Source: Longimicrobiales bacterium
GTDB taxonomy: Bacteria > Gemmatimonadota > Gemmatimonadetes > Longimicrobiales > Gaopeijiaceae
Length of the DNA stretch: 64,000 nucleotides
Direction: 5' to 3'
Assembly: GCA_965197725.1 (NCBI GenBank)
Contig: CBDANQ010000059.1
Location: 64,001-128,000 of the forward strand
The position numbers and the translations under genes were made by a program. Position 1 is the stretch's first letter, and every line of letters starts with the position of its first letter. Positions 38,859-49,419 of this stretch are shown in pieces. Under the pieces are notes generated by a model. That model was not told the DNA's origin. It worked only from the letters and a program-made list of their open reading frames with translations, and did not search any database.

Positions 38859-39199
38859 GCGAGAACGAGATCGAACAGGTCGAGGCCGAGACCCCGGACA
38901 CGGAGGTCGTCGAAGCTCCCGCCGCCGCGGAAGCCGAGGTAACGGGCGCGCGCAACCAGCGCAAAGTGCGCACGGGCGTGGTTGTGAGCGATGGGGGTGA
39001 CAAGACCGTGACCGTCGTGGTCGAGCGTCGATTCGCCCACCCGTTGTACGGAAAGGGCGTGAAGCGCACCAAGAAGTATCGGGCGCACGACGAGAAGAAC
39101 GAGTACCACGTTGGCGACTCTGTGCGGATCGTGGAGACCCGCCCACTGTCCAAGACCAAGCGTTGGCGTGTCACCGGTTTGGCCGAGCGCCAGGCTTAA
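38855..39199 (+). CDS. rpsQ: 30S ribosomal protein S17
   Basis: [28 protein letters not shown]; acidic N-terminal extension. Confidence 0.98.
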   Translation: MSENEIEQVEAETPDTEVVEAPAAAEAEVTGARNQRKVRTGVVVSDGGDKTVTVVVERRFAHPLYGKGVKRTKKYRAHDEKNEYHVGDSVRIVETRPLSKTKRWRVTGLAERQA

Positions 39200-39222
39200 G
39201 CGAACGTCAGAGGAATCGAGAG

Positions 39223-39591
39223 ATGATTCAGCAGGAGTCGATCCTCCGGATCGCCGACAACACGGGCGCAAAGTCGGCACTCTGTATCAGGGTGCTGGGC
39301 GGTTCGGGACGCCGGTATGCGGGGGTGGGCGATGTCATCGTCGCGACCGTGAAAGACGCCATCCCCAACGCGGGTATCAAGAAGGGTGAGGTCGTGCGAG
39401 CCGTGGTCGTGCGCACCGCCAAGGAGACGCGCTGTCGGGACGGGACGTACATCCGGTTCGAGGACAACGCGGCGGTGATCATCACGCCGCAGGGTGAGCC
39501 CCGCGGCACCCGGATCTTCGGGCCCGTTGGCCGCGAGCTACGCGAGAGAAAGTACATGAAGATCGTTTCCCTGGCGCCTGAGGTACTGTGA
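39223..39591 (+). CDS. rplN: 50S ribosomal protein L14
   Basis: [26 protein letters not shown]. Confidence 0.99.
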   Translation: MIQQESILRIADNTGAKSALCIRVLGGSGRRYAGVGDVIVATVKDAIPNAGIKKGEVVRAVVVRTAKETRCRDGTYIRFEDNAAVIITPQGEPRGTRIFGPVGRELRERKYMKIVSLAPEVL

Positions 39592-39926
39592 TGGCCGGGA
39601 CCAAGTATCAGATCATGAAGGGCGACCGTGTCCGAGTGATTCGCGGCAACGACCGCGACCTCGAGGGTGCGGTGCTCGAAGTCCTGAAAGAGAAAGCGCG
39701 AGTGCGTGTCGAAGGCGTAAACATTCGCAAGCGGCACACGCGCCCGACCGAGGCGAACCCCGACGGTGGCATCATCACCTTCGCGGCGCCGATCCACGTT
39801 TCGAACGTGATGCTCGTCGATCCGACGACCGAAGACGCTAGCCGCATACGCACGCGCGTCGAAGAGGACGGAACCAAGGAGCGGATTGCCGTGAAGACCG
39901 GCAATCCGATTCCCAAACCGCAATGA
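39591..39926 (+). CDS. rplX: 50S ribosomal protein L24
   Basis: KGDRVRVIRG, VEGVN, APIHVSNV. Confidence 0.98.
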   Translation: MAGTKYQIMKGDRVRVIRGNDRDLEGAVLEVLKEKARVRVEGVNIRKRHTRPTEANPDGGIITFAAPIHVSNVMLVDPTTEDASRIRTRVEEDGTKERIAVKTGNPIPKPQ

Positions 39927-40501
39927 CGATGGTACCACGACTCAAGATTCATTATGCCGACTACGTGAGACCCAAGCTCCAAGAGGAGTTCGGCTACACG
40001 AATTCGCACCAAATCCCGAAGGTCGTGAAGGTCGTGATCAACGTGGGTGCCGGTGAAGTGGCCAAAGACCAAAAGCTGCTCGATAGCATCATGGCCGAGC
40101 TGAGCGTGATCTCCGGCCAAAAGCCCCTGATGAACCGAGCCCGGCGCTCGATCTCGAACTTCCAACTGCGGGAGGGCATGCCGATCGGCGCTTCCGTGAC
40201 GCTGCGCGGCGAAAAGATGTGGTTCTTTCTCGACCGCCTGATCAGCACCGTGATTCCACGTGTCCGCGACTTCCGGGGGCTCAAAACGCGCTCCTTCGAC
40301 GGTCGGGGGAACTACACGATGGGCGTGAAGGAGCAGATCATCTTCCCCGAGATCAACTACGAAAAAGTTCGTAAGATTCACGGGATGGACATCACGGTGG
40401 TCACGTCCACCGACAAGGATGACGAGGGTCTTGCCCTGCTGCGTGAGTTGGGCTTCCCGTTCCGCGGCGCGGTGCCGGTGCAAGTCGGCGCGACCGCCTA
40501 G
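39923..40501 (+). CDS. rplE: 50S ribosomal protein L5
   Basis: SGQKP, PRVRDFRG, FDGRGNY. Confidence 0.99.
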   Translation: MTMVPRLKIHYADYVRPKLQEEFGYTNSHQIPKVVKVVINVGAGEVAKDQKLLDSIMAELSVISGQKPLMNRARRSISNFQLREGMPIGASVTLRGEKMWFFLDRLISTVIPRVRDFRGLKTRSFDGRGNYTMGVKEQIIFPEINYEKVRKIHGMDITVVTSTDKDDEGLALLRELGFPFRGAVPVQVGATA

Positions 40502-40516
40502 GAGAGAGCGTTTCGA

Positions 40517-40702
40517 ATGGCCAGAAAGGCGCTCATCGAGAAGTCCAAGCGCAAGCCGAAGTTCGGTGTGCGGCAGCGGAACCGCTGTCAGCGTTGCGGG
40601 AGGCCGCGTGCGTTCCTGCGGAAGTTTGGAATCTGCCGGATCTGTTTCCGGGAGATGTCGCTCAGGGGCGAGATCCCTGGTGTGCGCAAGTCGAGCTGGT
40701 AG
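40517..40702 (+). CDS. rpsN: 30S ribosomal protein S14 (short Zn-binding type Z)
   Basis: RCQRCGRPR...CRICFR...GVRKSSW; 61 aa. Confidence 0.98.
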   Translation: MARKALIEKSKRKPKFGVRQRNRCQRCGRPRAFLRKFGICRICFREMSLRGEIPGVRKSSW

Positions 40703-40718
40703 GAGGAACTAGACAGTC

Positions 40719-41111
40719 ATGATGACCGACCCCATCGCGGACATGCTCACCCGCATCCGAAACGCCGGCCAGGCGGCCCACAAGTGGGTGGACATGCCCG
40801 TGTCCGCGAAGAAGATCGAGATCGCACGGCTCCTGCAGGAGAGCCATTTCGTGCACGCCCACAAGGTGCTTGCGGACGGACGCTTCGGTGTGCTCCGGGT
40901 CTACCTGAAGTACTACGAGGGCAAGCCGATCATCCGTCACATCGAGCGTGTCTCACGTCCCGGCCAGCGCACATACGTCGGCAAGGATGAGATTCCCCGG
41001 GTACGGAACGGTCTCGGCATGGCAATCCTGTCGACCTCGGCCGGTATGCTCTCCGACCGCAACGCCCGTGCGCAGGGCGTCGGTGGCGAGTTGATGGCCG
41101 TGGTCTGGTAA
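40719..41111 (+). CDS. rpsH: 30S ribosomal protein S8
   Basis: TDPIADMLTRIRNA, SRPG.R.Y, GGEL. Confidence 0.99.
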   Translation: MMTDPIADMLTRIRNAGQAAHKWVDMPVSAKKIEIARLLQESHFVHAHKVLADGRFGVLRVYLKYYEGKPIIRHIERVSRPGQRTYVGKDEIPRVRNGLGMAILSTSAGMLSDRNARAQGVGGELMAVVW

Positions 41112-41132
41112 GCGGCGAGCGAGAGAGAAACG

Positions 41133-41672
41133 ATGTCTCGTGTCGGAAAGGTGCCTGTCGTGCTCCCCAAGGGAGTCGAAGTCAAGCAGGCCAACGGCAC
41201 GCTCAGCGTGAAGGGTCCGAAGGGCTCCTTAGAGCTCAACGCACACCCGGACATGAACGTTGTCATCGACGGGGGGGAGGTCCGCGTAGAGCGGCCATCC
41301 GACGAGAAGGAGCACCGCGCGTTGCACGGGCTGACCCGCTCGCTGATCGCGAACATGGTGACCGGCGTGACCGACGGTTTCGCCAAGACGCTGGAGATCG
41401 TCGGCGTAGGCTACCGCGCGAACGTCAGCAGGAAGGGCGTGACCCTGAACCTCGGGTTCAGCCACACCATCGAGTACAGGCCGGTAGACGGTATTAGTAT
41501 CGAGTGCCCGAACCAGACGACGATCGTCGTCTCCGGCATCGACAAGCAGAAGGTCGGCCAGGCAGCAGCGGAGATCCGCGCGTTTCGGCCGCCGGAGCCC
41601 TACAAGGGCAAGGGAATCCGGTATCAGGGCGAACAAGTTCGGCGTAAGGCCGGTAAGACCGCCGGGGTATAG
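41133..41672 (+). CDS. rplF: 50S ribosomal protein L6
   Basis: [19 protein letters not shown]. Confidence 0.99.
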   Translation: MSRVGKVPVVLPKGVEVKQANGTLSVKGPKGSLELNAHPDMNVVIDGGEVRVERPSDEKEHRALHGLTRSLIANMVTGVTDGFAKTLEIVGVGYRANVSRKGVTLNLGFSHTIEYRPVDGISIECPNQTTIVVSGIDKQKVGQAAAEIRAFRPPEPYKGKGIRYQGEQVRRKAGKTAGV

Positions 41673-41674
41673 CG

Positions 41675-42067
41675 ATGACGATGATCAAACAGAGCAAGCT
41701 CAAGAAGAGCCGTTCGCTTCAGCGGATGCGACGCCACTTCCGGGTTCGGAACAAGGTGCGCGGCACCGCGGAGCGTCCACGCCTCGTTGTCTTTCGCTCG
41801 TTAAAAAATGTCGAGGCTCAGGTCATCGACGACGACACCGGCCGCACGCTCATCGGGCTTTCGACCCTCAACCCCGAGTTGAAAGACTTCGCGGCCGAGG
41901 GTCAGAACCGCCGGGTAGAGCACGCCTACGCGGCCGGGAAGCTGCTCGGTGAGCGCGCGAAGGCCCAGGGAATCGACACCGTGGTCTTCGATCGCGGTGG
42001 ATACAAGTACCACGGCCGGGTGAAAGCCTTCGCCGACGGCGCACGAGAGGGAGGTCTGGAGTTCTGA
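41675..42067 (+). CDS. rplR: 50S ribosomal protein L18
   Basis: [23 protein letters not shown]. Confidence 0.99.
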   Translation: MTMIKQSKLKKSRSLQRMRRHFRVRNKVRGTAERPRLVVFRSLKNVEAQVIDDDTGRTLIGLSTLNPELKDFAAEGQNRRVEHAYAAGKLLGERAKAQGIDTVVFDRGGYKYHGRVKAFADGAREGGLEF

Positions 42068-42603
42068 TGGCTGGAGGAGAACAGAAGAAAAAGAAGAAGC
42101 AGGGGCGCGGTCGGGAGACCGATCTCGTCGAGAACGTCATCTTCATCAACCGCGTCGCCAAGGTCGTGAAGGGTGGACGGCGGTTCTCGTTCTCGGCCCT
42201 TGTGTCCGTGGGTGATCAGAAGGGGAACGTCGGCATCGCGCTGGCCAAAGCGAACGAGGTCGCCGAAGCGATTCGGAAGTCTTTCGAGCAGGCCCGCAAG
42301 AACATGGTGAAGGTGCCGATCCGGAATGGAACGCTTCCCCACGACATCGTGGGTCGGTGGGGCGCCGGCCGCGTGTTGCTCCGCCCCGCCGCCCCCGGTA
42401 CCGGTGTGGTCGCAGGTGGTCCCGTGCGCGCCGTGCTCGAGGCAGCGGGTGTGAAGGATGTGCTCACGAAGAGTCTGGGTACGAACAACCCGATCAACGT
42501 CGTGCGCGCTACCATGAACGGCCTGACGGAGCTCGTCACCGCCGAGCGAGCGGCCGAAGAGCGCGGCGTGACGGTGGAAGCATTGGGAGTGCATAGTGGC
42601 TAA
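42067..42603 (+). CDS. rpsE: 30S ribosomal protein S5
   Basis: [25 protein letters not shown]. Confidence 0.99.
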   Translation: MAGGEQKKKKKQGRGRETDLVENVIFINRVAKVVKGGRRFSFSALVSVGDQKGNVGIALAKANEVAEAIRKSFEQARKNMVKVPIRNGTLPHDIVGRWGAGRVLLRPAAPGTGVVAGGPVRAVLEAAGVKDVLTKSLGTNNPINVVRATMNGLTELVTAERAAEERGVTVEALGVHSG

Positions 42604-42799
42604 GAGGAAGAAGCCCAAGATGATCAAGATCACCCAGACGCGGAGCGGAATCGGCCGACTCACCAAGCACCGCCGCACGCTTCGGGCGCTGGGAATAAAG
42701 CGTCACCAGCAGAGCGTGATCCATGAGGATAGCGCGGCCATTAGGGGGATGATCAACCAAGTCTCCTATATGGTGGACGTGGCTGAAGTAGAGGGCTGA
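42596..42799 (+). CDS. rpmD: 50S ribosomal protein L30
   Basis: [22 protein letters not shown]. Confidence 0.97.
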   Translation: MAKRKKPKMIKITQTRSGIGRLTKHRRTLRALGIKRHQQSVIHEDSAAIRGMINQVSYMVDVAEVEG

Positions 42800-42916
42800 C
42801 CGCTGAAATCGGCGCTGAACGTCGTTAGGCTCCGGTCGTCGACCTGCGAAGTAGCGTTGCTACTCCTCGGTACGCCGATCCTCGCCTGCCTAGTTTAGCA
42901 TCCAATTTGAGCGGTC
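42798..42916. repeat. About 120-bp imperfect palindrome (REP/MITE-like) in the rpmD-rplO spacer
   Basis: GACCGCTGAAATCGGCGCTGAAC..TAGGC pairs with GCCTAGTTTAGC..AATTTGAGCGGTC; central AGTAGC-GTT-GCTACT hairpin. Confidence 0.55.
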
Positions 42917-42944
42917 TTGGTAACAACTAACGAGAGTTTGTGAC

Positions 42945-43406
42945 ATGGCAGAACTACACGATCTGAGCCCCCCCGCCGGCTCCCGCCGCAAAGGCAAGCG
43001 CGTCGGTCGCGGACCAGGCTCCGGCCTGGGTAAGACCGCGGGGCGGGGACAGGACGGTCAGAAGTCGCGCTCGGGCGGACGCATCCGCCGGGACTTCGAG
43101 GGTGGCCAGATGCCGCTCATGCGCCGGGTTCCGAAGCGCGGCTTCAAGAACATCAACCGCGTCGAGTATCAAGTGGTCAACGTGCGGGACCTGGGCCGGT
43201 GTGACGGTGACGTGGGCCCGGACGAGCTCAAGGCGGCCGGGCTCATCCCGTCGCTTCGCAAGCCCGTGAAGATTCTCGGGGAAGGCGATATGGAGAAATC
43301 GCTTGATGTGAGCGCACACAGGTTCAGCAAGAGCGCTCAGGAGAAGATCGAGGCGGCAGGGGGATCGGTGACGGTCATGGGCGCCACGGCCGAGGACGCT
43401 TCGTAG
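42945..43406 (+). CDS. rplO: 50S ribosomal protein L15
   Basis: RVGRG.GSG.GKTAGRG, FEGGQMPL.RR.PKRGF. Confidence 0.99.
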   Translation: MAELHDLSPPAGSRRKGKRVGRGPGSGLGKTAGRGQDGQKSRSGGRIRRDFEGGQMPLMRRVPKRGFKNINRVEYQVVNVRDLGRCDGDVGPDELKAAGLIPSLRKPVKILGEGDMEKSLDVSAHRFSKSAQEKIEAAGGSVTVMGATAEDAS

Positions 43407-43407
43407 C

Positions 43408-44721
43408 ATGTCGAATCCCGTACAAAACCTCTTCCGGGTTCCGGAACTCAAAGAGAAGGTCCTCTTCACCTTGTTCATCCTGCTCATCTACCGAGCGGGA
43501 TCGCACATCACGGTGCCGAGCCTGGACGTGGGCGCACTTCGTGAGCAGTTCGGTCAACTCCAGGGGACCTTCTTCGGCATCTACGACATGTTCGTGGGTG
43601 GAGGGCTGTCTCGCGCCACTATCCTGGCGCTGGGCATCATGCCCTACATCTCCGCGAGCATCATGTTTCAACTGCTCGCCGCGGTCTTCCCAACGATCGA
43701 AAAGCTGCAAAAGGAAGGTGAGGAGGGCCGTAAGAAGCTGACCCAGTGGACGCGTTATACCACGATCGGGTTGTCGGCCGCCCAGGCCTACGGGTACGCG
43801 TCGTTCCTGCAGGCGATTCCCGGCGCGGTCAGCACGCCCGGCGTGCTGTTCACGTTCACGACGGTCATCACGCTCACCGTGGGCGCTATCTTCGTCATGT
43901 GGCTCGGTGAGCAGATCACGGAGCACGGCATCGGCAACGGCATGTCGCTCATGATCTTCTTCTCGATCATCCAGGGGTTCCCGGCCGCGGTCGTGCGCAC
44001 CTACGAGTCGTTCCGGCTCGGTGAGCTCGGGGCGTTCGATATGGCTGCGCTGCTCTTCGTGGTGGTCGGCGTCACCGCGGCGGTGGTCGCGATGACCATG
44101 GCGGCCCGCAAGATCCCGGTTCAGATCCCACGCAAGGTCGTCGGCCGCGGCCGAATCCGAGAGGGCCAGAAGAGCTTCATTCCGCTGCGCATCAACTCCG
44201 CGGGCGTCATGCCGATCATCTTTGCGCAGTCGTTCATCGTCGTACCCGGCACCGCCGCCGCGTTCATCGACGTCCCGCTGCTCAACACCATCAACGAGAT
44301 CTTCCAGCCGCAGGGCTGGCCCTACTACATCACGTATGGCCTCCTGATCGTGTTCTTCACGTACTTCTACACGGCGATCATTTTCAACCCGATCGACCTC
44401 GCAGAGAACCTGAAGAAGCAGGGTGGTTTCATCCCGGGTGTAAAACCGGGAGCGCGCACGGCGGAATACATCGACCGCGTTCTGACACGTGTGACCCTAC
44501 CCGGCTCGATCTATCTGGCTATCGTAGCGCTCGTGCCGTTCTGGATCTTCGACTTCTTCCAGATCAACACCTTTTTCTTCGGTGGCACGAGTCTGCTGAT
44601 CGTCGTGGGCGTGGGTTTGGACACCGTGCAGCAGGCGCAACAGCTGCTCATGCTCCGTCACTATGACGGTTTCATGAAGAAGGGTCGCGTGAAGATGCGG
44701 GGCCGCTCGCGGTACATGTAG
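43408..44721 (+). CDS. secY: Preprotein translocase subunit SecY
   Basis: LGIMPYISASI, WLGEQIT..GIGNG, GGFIPG, GGTSLLIVVGV. Confidence 0.99.
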   Translation: MSNPVQNLFRVPELKEKVLFTLFILLIYRAGSHITVPSLDVGALREQFGQLQGTFFGIYDMFVGGGLSRATILALGIMPYISASIMFQLLAAVFPTIEKLQKEGEEGRKKLTQWTRYTTIGLSAAQAYGYASFLQAIPGAVSTPGVLFTFTTVITLTVGAIFVMWLGEQITEHGIGNGMSLMIFFSIIQGFPAAVVRTYESFRLGELGAFDMAALLFVVVGVTAAVVAMTMAARKIPVQIPRKVVGRGRIREGQKSFIPLRINSAGVMPIIFAQSFIVVPGTAAAFIDVPLLNTINEIFQPQGWPYYITYGLLIVFFTYFYTAIIFNPIDLAENLKKQGGFIPGVKPGARTAEYIDRVLTRVTLPGSIYLAIVALVPFWIFDFFQINTFFFGGTSLLIVVGVGLDTVQQAQQLLMLRHYDGFMKKGRVKMRGRSRYM

Positions 44722-45375
44722 GTGTCGACGGTCGTCATCCTTCTCGGTCCGCCGGGTGTCGGAAAAGGCTCGCAGGCCGTGCGTCTCGCTGCTGCGATCG
44801 GTGGCGAGCACATCTCTACGGGAGATCTGCTTCGCGCGGCCCGCCGTGACGGCACCGAGCTCGGCCAGCAGGCTCAGGGCTATATGGATGCCGGAGAGCT
44901 CGTTCCCGACGCGCTGATCCTGGACCTCGTTCGCGACCACCTAGGGGGCGTGGCGAGCGAGGCGAGCCTCCTGTTCGACGGCTTCCCACGCACGACCGCT
45001 CAGGCGGACGGACTCGATGCGGTGCTGTCCGATGTGGGTCGGCAGGTCGACCGGATCGTGCTCCTGGAGGCTTCCGACGAGACGCTTCTCAAGCGGCTGA
45101 GCGGGCGGCGGAGCTGCATGGACTGTGGGGCGATCTTCAACGTCCACTTGAACGCCTCGGAGATCGATGGGATCTGCGACCGCTGCAGCGGTCCGCTCAT
45201 CCACAGGATCGATGACGAGCCGGATACGGTGCTCCATCGCCTGAAGGTGTATCAAGAGCAAACGGCACCGCTCGTGGCCCACTACGAAGCGCGTGACGCA
45301 GGCCTGGTTCGGGTCCAGGCCGAACGGGGTATGGAGGACGTGCACGCGGACGTGCGAACCGCTGTTGGCGTGTGA
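44722..45375 (+). CDS. adk: Adenylate kinase
   Basis: GPPGVGKG, HISTGDLLR, DGFPRT; Zn-binding LID (CMDC...CDRC). Confidence 0.97.
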   Translation: MSTVVILLGPPGVGKGSQAVRLAAAIGGEHISTGDLLRAARRDGTELGQQAQGYMDAGELVPDALILDLVRDHLGGVASEASLLFDGFPRTTAQADGLDAVLSDVGRQVDRIVLLEASDETLLKRLSGRRSCMDCGAIFNVHLNASEIDGICDRCSGPLIHRIDDEPDTVLHRLKVYQEQTAPLVAHYEARDAGLVRVQAERGMEDVHADVRTAVGV

Positions 45376-45381
45376 GTCGCG

Positions 45382-46176
45382 ATGATCCATCTACGGACCC
45401 CCGAGGAGATGAACGCGGTCGGTCGCGGCGGCGCGATCATCGCCGGACTGCTCAGCGAGCTCCACGAGCGAGTTGTTCCGGGCGTCTCGACCCAGGACCT
45501 CGACAGCGTCTGCGATGAGTACATTGTCTCACACCACGGTGCCGTGCCGGCATTCAAGGGCCTGTATGGATTCCCTGGAAGCGTGTGCACCTCGGTGAAC
45601 GAGGAGGTCGTTCACGGCATTCCGAGTGCGAAGCGCGTGCTGCGCGAGGGCGACGTCATTTCAGTCGACGTAGGTGTGAAGGTCGACGGATGGTGCTCCG
45701 ATTCGGCTTGGACATTTCGCGTCGGCGAGGTGAGCGACGAGGTGCAGCGATTGCTAGACGTGACCGAGCGGTCCCTGTGGGCCGCGATCGAGGCTTCCAT
45801 CTCCGGGAATCACGTGGGGGACATCGGTGCGGCGGTCATGCGTACTGTGGACGGAACGAGCTTCGGCATCATCAGGGACCTCGTGGGACACGGCGTGGGA
45901 CGCGACGTGCACGAGGAGCCCCAGGTGCCTAACCACGGACGGGGCGGACACGGTCCGTTGCTGAGGGAGGGGATGGTTTTGGCCATCGAGCCGATGCTCT
46001 CGGCGGGTTCACCGAACATCAGAACCCTCGATGACGGATGGACGGTCGTTACCGCCGACCGAACGACGTCGGCACACTTCGAGCATACCGTCGGAATCAC
46101 CGCGGACGGCCCAAGGGTTCTGACTGTGTCCGGAGCCCCGGTTCATGCGGGTTCTGGCACCCCGAATGGCGCTTGA
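45382..46176 (+). CDS. map: Methionine aminopeptidase type I
   Basis: SVNEEVVHGIP, VGHGVG, AIEPM, SAHFEHT. Confidence 0.98.
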   Translation: MIHLRTPEEMNAVGRGGAIIAGLLSELHERVVPGVSTQDLDSVCDEYIVSHHGAVPAFKGLYGFPGSVCTSVNEEVVHGIPSAKRVLREGDVISVDVGVKVDGWCSDSAWTFRVGEVSDEVQRLLDVTERSLWAAIEASISGNHVGDIGAAVMRTVDGTSFGIIRDLVGHGVGRDVHEEPQVPNHGRGGHGPLLREGMVLAIEPMLSAGSPNIRTLDDGWTVVTADRTTSAHFEHTVGITADGPRVLTVSGAPVHAGSGTPNGA

Positions 46177-46201
46177 AGCCGCACCAGCGCTTGGTTACAT
46201 T
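46173..46201 (+). promoter_or_regulatory. Putative sigma70 promoter for rpmJ and the alpha operon
   Basis: TTGAAG-17 bp-TACATT. Confidence 0.5.
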
Positions 46202-46251
46202 ATAAAGCTCTGCAACAAACGAACGTGGAGATGTTGAGTGGAGATGTTGAA

Positions 46252-46368
46252 GTGAAGGTTCGAAGCAGCGTAAAGCCGATCTGCGAGCACTGCAAAGTGA
46301 TCCGCCGGAAGGGTGTCGTGCGCGTTATTTGCTCGCGGGATCCTAAGCATAAACAGCGCCAAGGATGA
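46252..46368 (+). CDS. rpmJ: 50S ribosomal protein L36
   Basis: Manual translation from [41 protein letters not shown]. Confidence 0.97.
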   Translation: MKVRSSVKPICEHCKVIRRKGVVRVICSRDPKHKQRQG

Positions 46369-46410
46369 TGAGCGACGTGAAATCGCGAGAAAAGAGGCAA
46401 AGCGTAGAAC

Positions 46411-46790
46411 GTGGCACGTATCGCCGGCGTTGACCTTCCGCGTGGGAAGAGAATCGAAGTCGCCCTGACGTACATCTACGGGATCGGCGCGATGCGCGCG
46501 AAGGAGATCATCCGGGAGTGTGGCGTCGACGCGGACCGGCGCACCCAGGACCTCGACGACGATGATGTGAACCGCCTCCGTCGGCAGATCGAGGGGAACT
46601 ACAAGGTCGAGGGCACGCTGCGCACCGAGACCTCCATGAACATCAAGCGTCTCATGGACATCGGTTGCTACCGGGGACTCCGGCACCGGCGCGGTTTACC
46701 CGTGAGGGGTCAGCGGACGCATACCAACGCGCGCACGCACAAGGGCTCCAAAGATCCATAGCGGGAAAGAAAAAGCCGCCGAAGAAGTAA
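46411..46790 (+). CDS. rpsM: 30S ribosomal protein S13, with an apparent 1-bp deletion near 46750-46752
   Basis: [27 protein letters not shown]; as read it stops at 46761, but adding one A restores [16 protein letters not shown] (stop 46790). Confidence 0.95.
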
Positions 46791-46856
46791 GCGGCCCGAC
46801 AGGCTCGCTGAGCCGGCGTATCACTCGATGCGGCGTCACCCGAGGCACCAACTAAC

Positions 46857-47246
46857 GTGGCAAATCCAAAGACCCGTACCAAGCGCTCGAAGAAGGTCGT
46901 AGAAGCTGAAGGTGTCGCTCACATCAAAGCGACCTTCAACAACACGATCATCACAATCGCCGACAACCAAGGGAACGTCATCGTGTGGGCCAGCGCCGGA
47001 AAGGCCGGCTTCAAGGGCTCCAAGAAGTCGACCCCGTTTGCTGCCACCGTAGCTGCCGAACAGGTGGGACGTGAGGCCGTCGGCATGGGCGTGAAGCGCC
47101 TCGACGTGCGTGTCCAGGGCCCCGGCTCCGGCCGTGAGTCCGCAATCCAGGCGCTCGCCGCCGTGGGTCTCCAGATCAAGTCCATCCAAGACGTGACGCC
47201 GCTGCCGCACAACGGGTGTCGGCCGCCGAAGAAGCGTCGCGTCTAG
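46857..47246 (+). CDS. rpsK: 30S ribosomal protein S11
   Basis: [28 protein letters not shown]. Confidence 0.99.
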   Translation: MANPKTRTKRSKKVVEAEGVAHIKATFNNTIITIADNQGNVIVWASAGKAGFKGSKKSTPFAATVAAEQVGREAVGMGVKRLDVRVQGPGSGRESAIQALAAVGLQIKSIQDVTPLPHNGCRPPKKRRV

Positions 47247-47275
47247 TCGTGTCCGAGAGGGAATACCACTAGGCC

Positions 47276-47911
47276 ATGGCTCGTAATACCGGTCCGATTT
47301 GTAAGCTTTGCCGCCGAGAAGGCCAGAAGCTCTTCTTGAAGGGGCAGAAGTGTTACACCGAAAAGTGCCCCGTCGAGCGGCGCCAGTACCCGCCGGGTCA
47401 GCACGGCCCCGCGCAGGCTCGCCGACGCAAGCAGTCCGACTACGCTGTTCAGCTCCGAGAGAAGCAGAAGGTGAAGCGGATCTATGGGCTGCATGAGAAG
47501 CAGTTCCGCGCGCTCTTCGAGCGCGCTGCTCATGTCCCGGGCATCACCGGCGCGAACCTCATCGTTTCGCTCGAGACGCGCCTCGACAACATCGTCTTCC
47601 GCATGGGCTTCGCGGTCAGTCGTAGCGCGGCACGGCAGCTCGTGCGGCACCGTCATGTAGAGGTGAACGGCCGCATCGTCGACGTCCCGAGCTTCCACGT
47701 GAAGGCGGGCGACGAGATCGCGGTGAAGGCCAAGTCGAAAGACATCGTGCCCGTGCAGGGGGCTCTCGAGGCGCGGACGCGTCCGGCGCTGGCAGATTGG
47801 CTCGCGCTCGACGAGAGGGCGCGTGTGGGCCGCTTGGTTCGCGAACCGACCCGCGCGGACATCCCGCTGGCGGCGTGGGAACAGCTCATCGTCGAGCTCT
47901 ACTCGAAATGA
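47276..47911 (+). CDS. rpsD: 30S ribosomal protein S4
   Basis: CKLCRREG, PPGQHG, LETRLDNIVFR, IVELYSK. Confidence 0.99.
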   Translation: MARNTGPICKLCRREGQKLFLKGQKCYTEKCPVERRQYPPGQHGPAQARRRKQSDYAVQLREKQKVKRIYGLHEKQFRALFERAAHVPGITGANLIVSLETRLDNIVFRMGFAVSRSAARQLVRHRHVEVNGRIVDVPSFHVKAGDEIAVKAKSKDIVPVQGALEARTRPALADWLALDERARVGRLVREPTRADIPLAAWEQLIVELYSK

Positions 47912-47969
47912 CCCGATCGCGGGGATTCGTTCGGCGGATCCTGGCGTCCTAGGCTAAGCAGGAGGCAAC

Positions 47970-49013
47970 GTGGAATTAGATCTCACCGGACTGGTACTCC
48001 CCGAGCGCATCGAGAGCATCGGGGATCCGGGCGACACCCGTAATGCCCGCTTCGTGATCGAGCCGCTCGAGCGCGGCTTCGGCCATACGCTGGGCAACTC
48101 CATGCGTCGTGTACTGCTGTCGTCACTGCGCGGTTCAGCGGTGTGGGGCTTCCGCCTCGACAGCGTGGTACATGAGCACCAGACGCTCGCAGGCGTGGTC
48201 GAAGACGTTCATCAGGTCATCCAGAACCTGAAGGCGCTCGCCGTCACGCTGGACGACGACGTCGACGATGCGGTTCTCCACATCCGCGTCAGTAAGACGG
48301 GTCCCGTCACGGCTAGTGACATTCAGCCAACGGCCGGAGCGACGATCATGGAGCCGGATCACCATCTGTTCACGCTCCAGGAGAAGCGCGAGGTCAACCT
48401 GGAGATGCACGTGAACAAGGGTCGCGGCTTCGTGCTCGCGGATGCGCACCCCATTCCGCGGGGCGCCCCAGTGGACCTCGTACGTATCGACTCGATCTAC
48501 AACCCGGTCCGCCGCGCGAACTTCACGGTCGAGGAGACCCGCGTGGGTCAGCGCACCGATTTCGATCGTCTGACCCTTCATATCGAGACCGATGGCTCGG
48601 TCGATCCGGAGCGTGCGGTGGCGTACGCCGCCGAGCTCGTTCGCAAGCACCTCGAGTACATGCTCTACTTCGGTGAGGGTGGCATTCCCGAGGTCGCGCC
48701 TCCCGGAGCGGTCGCGGTTTCCGATCGCCTGCAGAACCTGTTCGAGCGGCCCATCGAGGATCTTGCGGAACTGTCCGTGCGCTCGCGAAACTCGCTGCAG
48801 AAGGAGAACATCCAGACGCTGGGTGATCTCGTGCAGCGCTCGGAGGACGACATGTTGCAGATCGAAAACTTCGGCAAGAAATCGCTCAAGGAGATCTCCG
48901 ACTTCTTGGAGGAGCATACGCTCCGCTTTGGCATGCAGCTCGAGGAGGGCGAGGACGGACGCCTTTTCTTCGTGGAGGAGGAAGCCGAGGCCGCAGCGGC
49001 CGGGGAGCAGTAG
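47970..49013 (+). CDS. rpoA: RNA polymerase alpha subunit
   Basis: [39 protein letters not shown]. Confidence 0.99.
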   Translation: MELDLTGLVLPERIESIGDPGDTRNARFVIEPLERGFGHTLGNSMRRVLLSSLRGSAVWGFRLDSVVHEHQTLAGVVEDVHQVIQNLKALAVTLDDDVDDAVLHIRVSKTGPVTASDIQPTAGATIMEPDHHLFTLQEKREVNLEMHVNKGRGFVLADAHPIPRGAPVDLVRIDSIYNPVRRANFTVEETRVGQRTDFDRLTLHIETDGSVDPERAVAYAAELVRKHLEYMLYFGEGGIPEVAPPGAVAVSDRLQNLFERPIEDLAELSVRSRNSLQKENIQTLGDLVQRSEDDMLQIENFGKKSLKEISDFLEEHTLRFGMQLEEGEDGRLFFVEEEAEAAAAGEQ

Positions 49014-49015
49014 CC

Positions 49016-49369
49016 GTGCGGCATCGCAAGAAGGGGAGGAAGCTCTCCCGTACCCCAAGCCACAAGAGGGCGACCATGCGCAACATGGCCACGTCGCTGT
49101 TTCGTCACGAGAGAATCGAGACGACCACAGCCAAGGCCAAGGAACTCCGTCCGTACGCCGAGCGTCTCATCACGCTCGCGCGCCGTGGGGACCTGCATGC
49201 ACGTCGCCTTGCCGCGACTAAGATCCAAGATCGTGAAGTACTAGGGAAGCTGTTCGGCGATATCGCTCCGCGTTTCGCGGAGCATCCGGGTGGCTATACA
49301 CGCATCCTGAAGCTGGGCCATCGGAAGGGTGACGCGGCGGAGATGTCGCTCATCGAGCTCGTCAGCTAG
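49016..49369 (+). CDS. rplQ: 50S ribosomal protein L17
   Basis: [22 protein letters not shown]. Confidence 0.99.
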   Translation: MRHRKKGRKLSRTPSHKRATMRNMATSLFRHERIETTTAKAKELRPYAERLITLARRGDLHARRLAATKIQDREVLGKLFGDIAPRFAEHPGGYTRILKLGHRKGDAAEMSLIELVS

Positions 49370-49419
49370 TTTGTCGAGTGTTTCCGGCGGACAAACTCAA
49401 ACTGGACAGGATTTCGGAC

